From Methanobrevibacter sp. (GTDB lineage Archaea; Methanobacteriota; Methanobacteria; Methanobacteriales; Methanobacteriaceae), in NCBI RefSeq assembly GCF_017427765.1, contig NZ_JAFRSC010000010.1, positions 998 to 64,997 of the forward strand: a DNA stretch of 64,000 bases, given 5' to 3'. A model generated the notes under the pieces. That model was not told the DNA's origin. It ran no database searches and saw nothing but the letters and a program-made list of their open reading frames with translations. Positions 49,430-59,300 of this stretch are shown here, piece by piece (position 1 is the stretch's first letter; each line of letters begins with the position of its first letter). Made by a program: the position numbers and the translations under genes.

Positions 49430-52069
49430 ATGGCTGCATTCGATAGAATTAAATCCGGAATTCCTGGGCTTGATAAAGCATTAGACAATATTCGTTTAGG
49501 GGATAATGTAGTATGGAATGTTACAAATTTAAATGAATTTTCTTACTTTGTCAATCCTTATGTAAAGCAGGCAAAAGAGGATAATAGAAACTTGATATAC
49601 ATTAGGTTTGCCAATCATCCTCCATTAATAGAGATGAGCGAAGAAGATTTCAGATTGCTGGACATAGAACAGAACAATCCCGACACGGAATTTTCTATGA
49701 TAGAGCGGGATGGGATTAAGATATATTATGTAGACCCATATAAGCAATTTGAGACATTTACTTTGGAAGTTCACAGAATTATTGAAAAAGAGGGTTTCGA
49801 TGCATTCTATGTTTTTGACTGTTTAAGCGACCTTCAGGCCGTTTGGTCAACAGATTTGATGATGGGTAATTTCTTTAAAGTTACCTGTCCATTTTTATTC
49901 CAATTGGATACAGTAGCATTTTTCCCAATTCTTCGTGGAAGGCATTCATATGATGCTATTGCTAAAATTCGTGAAACAACACAGTTGTTTTTGAATGTAT
50001 ACTCAAATTCTCCAGAGGAAGTTTATGTCACTCCATTAAAAGTATGGAACAGATATTCACAAACCATGTTTTTAGGACATAAATTCAATCCGATAACAGG
50101 TTTTGTTAAAGTTCTGCAGGATGGTCAGGAAGTCAGTAAATATTACAAGACCATCAATTCGGACAAATATCAAAATGAACAGACTCTGGACAGTTGGGAA
50201 AGATATATGCTTCAACTTAGAAGGGAGTATGGAGAAGGCAGAAATATCGAGGACGAGTGCGATAAGATTTCTGAGCTGATGATGACGAAAGATGAGAAGA
50301 TGCTTTCCAAAATCAGGCAATACTTCACATTTGAAGATTACATCACAATCTATGACCGTCGTGTAGGCAGCGGTTTGGTAGGAGGTAAAACCTGCGGAAT
50401 GCTGCTTGCAAGAAAAATTATTGAAAAAGACCGTCCGGACATATACAGCAATTTTGAACCTGACGATTCATTTTATATAGGTTCTGATTTATTTTACACC
50501 TACATTGTTTCAAATGACTTATGGGATCTTCGCGTAAATCAAAGAACAGAAGAAGGTTATTATAAATATGGTAAACAGCTGGAGGAAGCTCTTAAAAAAG
50601 GTACTTTTTCAGATCAGATTAAAAAGGAATTCATACGCATTTTGGATTATTTCGGACAAAATCCAATTATTGTAAGGTCTAGTAGTTTTCTTGAAGACGG
50701 GTACGGTAATGCATTTGCCGGAAAATATGAATCAGTGTTCTGCGTAAATAGGGGAACTCTTGAAGAACGTTTGGCCGCTTTTGAAGAAGCGGTGAAAGTA
50801 GTATATTCAAGTACAATGAATGTTTCAGCTTTAGAATATAGGAAATTAAACGGTTTGGATGATGCTGATGAACAGATGGCTCTTTTAGTTCAAAGGGTTT
50901 CCGGCTCTTATTATGATGATTATTTCTTCCCGACCGCTGCGGGCGTAGGATTTTCATACAGCCCATATTCACCGCTTCCGGATATGGACAATAGCAAAGG
51001 TATGCTAAGACTTGTAATGGGTCTTGGAACAAAAGCTGTTGACAGAACAAAAAAGGATTATCCAAGAATCATCAATCTTGATAAGCCTGAACTGACTATG
51101 ATGAAGGATATAAAGGAAAAACATAGATATTCTCAACATTATCTGGATGTAATCGATTTGAAAAATATTAGTCTGCATGATATTTCCATTGATGAAGGTT
51201 TGGACATTATTCCAAAACATGCAAAAAAAGTTTTAATAGAACACGACCGTGATGCAGAGAGACTATTTCGTGAACGTGGGCAACGTCGTGAAATCGTATT
51301 TGTAAATTGTGAAGGGATTGTAAAAAATCAGGAGTTTATTGATGAGATGAAAGAAATTCTGAATACTTTGGAGACTGCCTATGACTATCCGGTTGACATT
51401 GAATATACAGTTAATTTTGGAGAAGATAATTCTTTTAATATAAACTTATTGCAATGTCGCCCTCTTCAGGTTTCAACAAATAATGAGGATATTGAAATGC
51501 CTGAAGATAAAAATGTATTCTTCCATATTAAGGAATCTTCTATGGGAATGTCACGAAAGAATAAGATAGACACAATCTGCTATGTTGATCCGCATAAGTA
51601 TTATGAATATCCATATGCTCAAAAAAGTTCAATATCTCGTGTAATCAGTGAGGTAAATGCTTATTGCAGAAATAATGATAAGACAGCAATGTTAATAGTT
51701 CCTGGAAGAATTGGTACTTCTTCTCCGGAATTGGGTATTCCTGTTGTGTTTGCAGATATTAGCCATTTCTCTGCAATTCTAGAGGAGGCATACAGTGAAG
51801 TCGGTTATATGCCTGAATTATCTTTTGGAAGCCATATGTTCCAGGATTTGGTAGAAGCAGAAATATATTATGGAGCATTATTTGAAAACGAGAAAAAAAT
51901 AGAATTCAATCGGGATATGCTATTTGAGTATCCTAATATCCTGAAAGATATAAATCCTAATTTAAGTGAGAATATATACTCTATGATGCAGGTTATTGAT
52001 TTCGACGATAATGAGGCGGAATTTTATCATGACATGAATAAGGACGAAACAATGTGTATTTTCAAATAA
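49430..52069 (+). CDS. PEP/pyruvate-binding (PPDK_N ATP-grasp) domain protein with a KaiC-like N-terminus
   Basis: 'RIKSGIPGLD' start; 'GGK..G', 'IVRSSS.LED...FAGKYES', 'PVDIEY', 'LLQCRP'. Confidence 0.8.
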   Translation: MAAFDRIKSGIPGLDKALDNIRLGDNVVWNVTNLNEFSYFVNPYVKQAKEDNRNLIYIRFANHPPLIEMSEEDFRLLDIEQNNPDTEFSMIERDGIKIYYVDPYKQFETFTLEVHRIIEKEGFDAFYVFDCLSDLQAVWSTDLMMGNFFKVTCPFLFQLDTVAFFPILRGRHSYDAIAKIRETTQLFLNVYSNSPEEVYVTPLKVWNRYSQTMFLGHKFNPITGFVKVLQDGQEVSKYYKTINSDKYQNEQTLDSWERYMLQLRREYGEGRNIEDECDKISELMMTKDEKMLSKIRQYFTFEDYITIYDRRVGSGLVGGKTCGMLLARKIIEKDRPDIYSNFEPDDSFYIGSDLFYTYIVSNDLWDLRVNQRTEEGYYKYGKQLEEALKKGTFSDQIKKEFIRILDYFGQNPIIVRSSSFLEDGYGNAFAGKYESVFCVNRGTLEERLAAFEEAVKVVYSSTMNVSALEYRKLNGLDDADEQMALLVQRVSGSYYDDYFFPTAAGVGFSYSPYSPLPDMDNSKGMLRLVMGLGTKAVDRTKKDYPRIINLDKPELTMMKDIKEKHRYSQHYLDVIDLKNISLHDISIDEGLDIIPKHAKKVLIEHDRDAERLFRERGQRREIVFVNCEGIVKNQEFIDEMKEILNTLETAYDYPVDIEYTVNFGEDNSFNINLLQCRPLQVSTNNEDIEMPEDKNVFFHIKESSMGMSRKNKIDTICYVDPHKYYEYPYAQKSSISRVISEVNAYCRNNDKTAMLIVPGRIGTSSPELGIPVVFADISHFSAILEEAYSEVGYMPELSFGSHMFQDLVEAEIYYGALFENEKKIEFNRDMLFEYPNILKDINPNLSENIYSMMQVIDFDDNEAEFYHDMNKDETMCIFK

Positions 52070-52332
52070 TTATATCAGCTTTAAATAAGTTTTAATGGAT
52101 TATATTCCATTATTTTTGGGCAGGTGGGTGGGACATATGCCTTTTTTATTTGTAATAATTCTTTTTTTCACAAAAAAGATTTTTCAAATAAAAGAAAAAT
52201 GTATGACAAAATATTCGACGTGATTAATAGCCCTATTTATTTAATAATAGGGTTATTTTCACATATTTTTTTTATACCGACAATGAATCTAATTCTATTG
52301 ACAATAGAAATATATTATATAACTTATTCTTG

Positions 52333-54313
52333 TTATTCATTGTCTTGATATTCGATTATTTCAAATATTCTTTTAATGCTTGAAAATGAGGTTTCAAGAG
52401 AAGTTATTGAAGCACTTACTTTTTTTAGAGGATTTGTTAACATTTGTCCATAAAGAATAACTGCCAATAAAGTACCCAATTGTATTTCATTAGACACTAG
52501 GAAATAAAAACCTATAATATAAACAGTAATATTGCTTATATTTGTCAAAAATGTTGTTATTGGCAGTAATACATTAGAAATATTTCTTGATTTGATGAAA
52601 TGATTAGATACAATTTCATTGATTTTTTCAAATCCCTTTTCGTGATATTGATTTCTATTGTTTAGACTTCTTTCAAAATAGCTCATCATACGCCCTAATT
52701 GTTTTTGATGATTCTCATAGGGCTTTTTGGATTTGACATCACACAAATAAAAACAGGCAATATAAATTGGTAAAGTTACCAGATATATCAGGCTTAATCT
52801 CCAGTCAGTTGTCAAAATCAGTATGATTACGAAAATTATTGATAGAAACTGCGCAAAGATTTCTGAAATGTGGATTGTGACAAACTCCCTGATATTCATC
52901 AAATCATTGTTTAATCTGGAAAAAATGTGTCCTTTAGAGTTTTGCTGAAGGAATTTTGAATCGATAACATCTATTTTGTCAAACAGTTCCATCCTTAAAT
53001 TATGGGCTATTTTTTCACCAATAAAAATCATAAAACGATTAGATGGTAATTTTAACAGATTTCCTACAAAATACAATCCGAATAATAAGGCAATATTTAA
53101 GAAAATAGTCAAATCATGAGAATAGTTTGTGTTGCTTACAATTAAGTTAATTATATTTCCTGCAACTTTAGGGGCATAGACAAGGCACAATGTGGAGGTG
53201 GTAAGCAGAATCATTGAGACTATTACTTTATTCATGTGATGGTTTAATACTTTATTGAATTTTCGGATAATTTCCTTTCTGTCAACAAATATATTTTTCT
53301 CATCGTTTCCAATGTCTTCTTTAATAATTTCTATTTTATTTAAATTATCTGCATTTTGAGTTATAATTTTATCTTCTAAAGTCAGAACTTCTTCTAAACG
53401 TACGGAAGTAGCATAGGAACGTGGCTATCTCTCAATTAGGGTTGGAACAACAGTTAATGTGGTTAAAAAGTATAATAGATATTGTATTATGGTCACTGAA
53501 TCAATTGCACTTTTGGCTTCAAAACCTATATGGAACCCGGAACTCATCATTGCCAATAGAATCACAATGACAACATCTAAAACCAATAATAATACATGAC
53601 CGAGGTAATATTGGCTTAATTGATATTTGATGTTTTTATCATAGGAGTCATCACATGCTTTTTTAAACTCATTCCTAGCTTCGTGTTTTTTAAATGGAAT
53701 ATTATTGGTAAAATTTGTGATTTTGGACACGAATAACACGTTGAGTTTTCCATATGTCTTTTTAGCCTTAAAGAATATTTCTGTAATTTGCTTTAATCTT
53801 AAAATTAAAATTATTGATACTATAATGGTAAATGTTGCAAACAGGGCTGCGAAAATCTTATCGATGAATGCTATTTCAATAGTGATTCCTATAAACACGA
53901 ATGGAATTATTAGTAAATGTTGAAGCATCATCATTATAAATCCCTGTTCGGAGTACATTCCTCTGGTTGATCTTGAAATCAAACCTGTGATTTTAAATTT
54001 GTTTATCTCTTCATCAGGCAAGTTCATTAGGATATGAAATATCTTCTCACGGGTGAGGTAAGCTGCCTTTGATGAAACTCTGGTTGAGAGAAAAGAAACT
54101 GCATAAATTGTGATTATGGAAAGTATTGTATATATTATCATGAATAATCCATCATCAAAAAGCAGATTTATCTTTTGGCTTTTAAGGTCTTTTAAAGCGA
54201 TACTGAATAGATTAATGATTTCTATTTGGAAAATAGTTTGAAGAATTACTAAAACTAAAATAATCAGTAGTGTCTTCCATTGATTTCAATGCAAACTTCA
54301 AAAATTTCCTCAT
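52333..54313 (-). pseudogene. ABC transporter double transmembrane-domain gene, disrupted
   Basis: ORFs 53425-54141 and 52333-53235 are in frame across a TAG at 53425-53427; a 5' frameshift follows the ATG at 54313. Confidence 0.7.
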
Positions 54314-54670
54314 GAAAATAGTTTAGATTTTAAAATTAATATAGATTATTTTTCAATATATCTATCAATTTAATATTGTCTGTGTCTTAAGGAGGCCACA
54401 TAACAATGAGAACCTTTTTATCATATCCTGAAAGAAATATTATATGATTTATTCAGAATTAAAGGTTTTATTGAATTTGGTTGCTTATTTTTTATAATTG
54501 AAGTGAAATTTCAAGTGTAAATCTGAATAAATAATAATCAGATTACTTTAAAAGATTCTAAGTAAAAATCGGAATAAGAATTGATTTTTAAAAAATTTTT
54601 GCAAAAAATCAAATAGGATTTTTACAAAGCATATATAATTAACACTTTAAAGTTTTTAAATATTGGGAGA

Positions 54671-54807
54671 TATAGCTATTTATATATAATTTAAAAATGT
54701 AAAATAGTATTAATTAAAATTGATTGAGGTTATTTTATGAAAACTCATGCGATAGTTGTGGTACTTTCATCTCTACAATACTTTTTTTAAGATTTATAAT
54801 AATTAAA
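54671..54807 (+). repeat. Dispersed promoter-RBS-micro-ORF/hairpin unit, copy 2 (ORF 54737-54790, MKTHAIVVVLSSLQYFF)
   Basis: 54734-54807 is identical to 63241-63314. Confidence 0.75.
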
Positions 54808-54890
54808 GATTTTCATTCGTATAAAACGCATGATATAATTCGTAACCTTATTAATTTATAGTGTTTGGAACAGATTCCAATCCATCATTA

Positions 54891-56248
54891 TAGTCACCGA
54901 CACTGAAAATTATAAAAATTTCTCCTCCCAATTTTTCCAATAACTTGACTTATCAACTACTTTTTTAAACTCTGTTAAAAATAAATATTTTAGCTGCGGC
55001 ATGCTTGAAATGTATTTTCTAGAAATTATTGCTTTTATTGTTCTCCATACTTGTTCTATTGGATTATATTTTGGAGAAAATGGCGGTAAATGTATTAAAT
55101 CCATATTTAGAACATTGCATAATTCTGTGAAAAATATTGCATGATGTACACTATAATTGTCTAAAATAACTGCTATTGGTTTTTCCATGATTAATTCATG
55201 TTGTAATTCCTTATCTGAAAAAAATGCCAACAACATTCCTTTTTGAAGATTTTCAAGCACTGAATGACTTTTTGTATTAAAATTAAGTGGATTTCTTTCA
55301 AGTCTTTGACATAGTTCTTTAATTGTTCGGCTTCTTTCAGATAAACTTTTAATGTTAATACTAATTTATTATAGTTATCTTCCTCATTAATGGTATCTAA
55401 TATGTTTTCTAGAAATAATTCTTCATTATTGATTATTTTTTTAATTTAGATTCTAATTCTGGGTTTTCTATATTTTTGATGACGATGGTGATCATAAATT
55501 TCATCATTTCAAAGGTTTTAGTGTTATCTAAGAATGATACAAACGAATTTCCATTAATTGATTGAACTCCAAGGGCATTGATTGAAATTCTCTCTGTTGG
55601 TTGTTCTTTAATGTTTTTTGTACCTCTTTTATGATATGTTCTTTGACTATTGTCCTGATTTTGACAATAGGTTTGATCCAAAAACACGACAGTGAAATTT
55701 TCTAAATCTAAATGTCAGGTGTTTTTTTTAACTGTTCTTCAGCATCAGCAGGCATTTTAGTATAGATTTTATATGGTTTTGTGTAAGAATAGTCTAATTT
55801 CTTCATTAACCTTTCTACACTTCTAATACTATATTCAACGCTAAATTCTTTTTCAATTTTTTCTTTAACTTCTCTTGCAGTTTTCAATTCTTCTTTTTGT
55901 ATTATCTCATCTAATAAAATAAGCTGTTCATTCGTTAGTTTAGATTGACCTTTAGAACCTTTTTTTCTTTTTAATCCTTCTATTCCACCATTATTCCATT
56001 GTTTTATCCAATTATATGCTGTGCCTTGACTAATGTCATGTTTTTTTATGATTTCTGATATGGGTTCGTCATGCAAAACATCTAAAATCACATATAATTT
56101 ATTTAAGACTCTCGTATCGTTTTCTAATTTTTTTATTTCAGTTTGAACTTCTGAAATGATTCCATTGTATTTTTTAATAAGTTTTTGTTCTGCCATAATG
56201 TTATTTATTGTGTTTCATAGTATTTATAATTTTCAGTGTCGTGAACTA
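54891..56248 (-). mobile_element. IS630-family insertion sequence, degenerate
   Basis: TIRs TAGTCACCGACACTGAAAATTATAAA / TTTATAATTTTCAGTGTCGTGAACTA, flanked by TA on both sides. Confidence 0.9.
54910..56196 (-). pseudogene. IS630 transposase in three pieces (HTH; DDE N-part; DDE C-part)
   Basis: HTH 'TAYNWIKQWNNGGIEGL'; A7C slippery site near 55725; 'FLDQT'; 'ILDNYSVH', 'LPPFSPKYNPIEQVW'; extra breaks at 55.3-55.4 kb. Confidence 0.85.
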
Positions 56249-56394
56249 TACATATATATTGTTTCGACGATAAAAATCATATTGTATAATTAATTTAATT
56301 TTATTGAAAAATATGTTACTATTTTTTCTTTAGAATTGAACATTATAATTATCAAGCATGAAAAGCATATTTTTTCATAAAATGGAGATTAAAT

Positions 56395-59300
56395 ATGAAG
56401 ATTAAAAAAAGAATAATCTTGCTGACGCTTGTCATTTTTCTATTGAGCCTCGCAAATGCATATGCGAGTGAAATGGATGACACACTGGCAAGTGAAGATG
56501 CAAGTCAAATCGAGGTGTCCTCAACAGTTGAGGATACACTACAGGCAAGCGAAACGCTTGAACAAACAGATGATAATGGAGCTGAGCTGAAATCAACCGA
56601 TGAGGATGAGCTCTCAAGCTCAGGGGAATTTGGCGAGCTTCAAAAACTGATTGATGACGCTTCAGACAAAAGCACAATCAATCTGGAACGCAATTACACC
56701 TACACTATAGGTGTAGACAATATAACTGAAGGAATAATCATAAGCAAGAACTTAACAATCAACGGTAACGGATTTGCAATAGACGCACAGGGCAAGTCAA
56801 GAATATTAAATATTAAAAACGGCACAAATGTTGTCTTGAACAATATCATATTCACAAACGGATACGTTAAGGGCTATGGTGGAGCCATCCTTTCAAATGG
56901 TACTGTGAATATTGTTGGATCCACTTTCACCAACAACACTGCAGCCGGTGTAGATGGCTTTGGTGGTGCAGTTTTCTTTAATGCTAAGGGTAGCGTGGAA
57001 AACTGTAATTTCAAAGCTAACGCAGCACAGGCAGATGGTGGTGCAGTTTACCTTGTTAACGAGAGCACTATTAAAAACTGTAATTTCATAGATAATAACG
57101 CAACCGGTAAAGATAGCGGTTATGGTGGTGCAGTTTTAGTTCAACAAAAGGGTACCATTGAAAACTGTAATTTCATTAACAATGCCGCTTCTTTTTCCGG
57201 TGGTGCTGTCAGCATGTTGTCAGGTAATGTGACAAATTGTAGTTTCGCCGGCAACACTGCATCTAAGTGGGCAGGGGCTCTCACTATGGGGTCAGGTAAT
57301 CTGCGTGATTGTAATTTCACAGACAACGCTGCCGAATATGGTGCTGGTGCTGTCAATTTGCATCGTGGTAATGTGACAAATTGTATTTTCACCAATAATG
57401 CTGCTGAGGACAATGGCGGTGCTATGGCCATGATTTCAGGAAATGTGACTGATAGTATTTTCACAGCCAACACAGGATATGATGGTGGTGCAGTTTACTT
57501 CGATACTTCCGGCACTGTTGAAAATTGTAATTTTTCAGCCAACAATGCAACAAGTTATGGCAGTGCTGTCAGGATGAGTTCAGGTAGTGTATCAAATTCT
57601 AATTTCACAAGCAACATGGGAGATCATGGTGCTGTCAACCTGGGTTCAGGTAATGTGGATAATTGTAATTTTGTGAATAATACCGCTTCTAATGATGGTG
57701 GTGCAGTTTACATCTATAAAAATGGTGCCGTGTCAAATTGTAATTTCACAAACAACACTGCAAAAAATGGTAATGCAATTTTTATCAGTAAAGGCAACAT
57801 TTCCGGCTGTGACTTTAGGAATAATTATATAAGTGAAGGCGCAATTCATTCAGTGACTGGAAATGTTACTTTGTCTAATAATATTTTGGATGTTAATGAT
57901 GTTATGCAGAGTAATAATTTCACACATGTTCAAAATTTAATAAACAAGGCCGATAGTGGGGATACAATCTTTATAGATGGATCATATTATGGTTTTGGAA
58001 TACCAATCAGAATTACAAAAAGTTTAACATTAATTGGAACAAATAATGCAACATTAGATGCAAGAAAACTATCAAAAATATTTTATATAACTGCAGACAA
58101 TGTTACACTTAAAAACATGTGCTTCACGAACGGATACTCACAAAACGGAGGCGCAGTTTACTTCAATAGAACTGGTATTGTTGAAAATTGTAATTTCATA
58201 AACAACACCGCAAATGAGGATGGCGGTGCAGTCTACTTCAATTGTTCCGGCACTGTTGAAAATTGTAATTTTACCAACAACAGGGCAAATTACGCTTGGG
58301 GTGGTGCAGTTTTCTTTAAGAATCAAGGCACTGTGAAAAACTGTAATTTTATCAACAACACTGCTTCTGAATTGGGTGGTGCAGTTTACTTTGTTGGTAA
58401 TGGTGAAGTGATAAATTGTAATTTTACTAACAACACTGTTTCTATAGATGGTGGTGCCGTTTTCTTTAATGAAAATGCTACTGGTAATGTGACATATTGT
58501 AATTTTATTAACAATACTGCTTCTGTAGATGGTGGTGCAGTTTGCTTCTGGAGTATCGGTAATGTGGCAAATTGTAATTTTGCGGATAATTCTGCTTCTC
58601 ATGGTGGTGCTGTCAACTTAGGTTCAGGTAATGTGGCAAATTGTAATTTTATCAACAACACTGCTTCTGAAGAGGGTGGTGCAGTTTACTTCGCTGATAA
58701 TAGTGAAGTGACAAATTGTATTTTCACCAATAACACTGCTAGGGTGGGCGGTGCCATGAGAATATATTCCGGAAATGTGACAGATTCTATTTTCACAGCC
58801 AACACTGCAGGATATGGTGGTGCTGTTTACTTTGACTATAATGGTGCTGCGGAAAACTGTAATTTCACAGCCAACACTGCAGAATATGGTGGTGCTGTTT
58901 ACTTCGATGAGGATTCTGCCAATATAATGAACTGTAATTTCATTAACAACAATGCTTCTTCTTCTGGCGGTGCTGTCAATATGCACAACGGTAATGTGGC
59001 CGATTGTAATTTCACCGGCAACACTGCTGATTCTTATTCTGGCGGTGCTGTCGTAATGGATTCAGGTAATGTGATAAATTCTATCTTCACAGCCAACAAG
59101 GCAGCCAGAACTGGTGGAGCAATATATGTTGGAGCACAATCAACCAACAACAATTTCTCAGGCCAATTCTATAATAATCAAGCAGGACAAAGCGGTGGAG
59201 CAATATTCTTCCGCAATTCAGTCGAAAACAATACTTTCGATGGCATTTTCAAGGACAACACCGCAGGCTACGGTGCGGGAATGTTTTTCTACAATGATGC

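Noticed and set aside
53425-53427. In-frame TAG as possible pyrrolysine readthrough
   Set aside because: Methanobacteriales are not known to use Pyl, and the gene also has a frameshift
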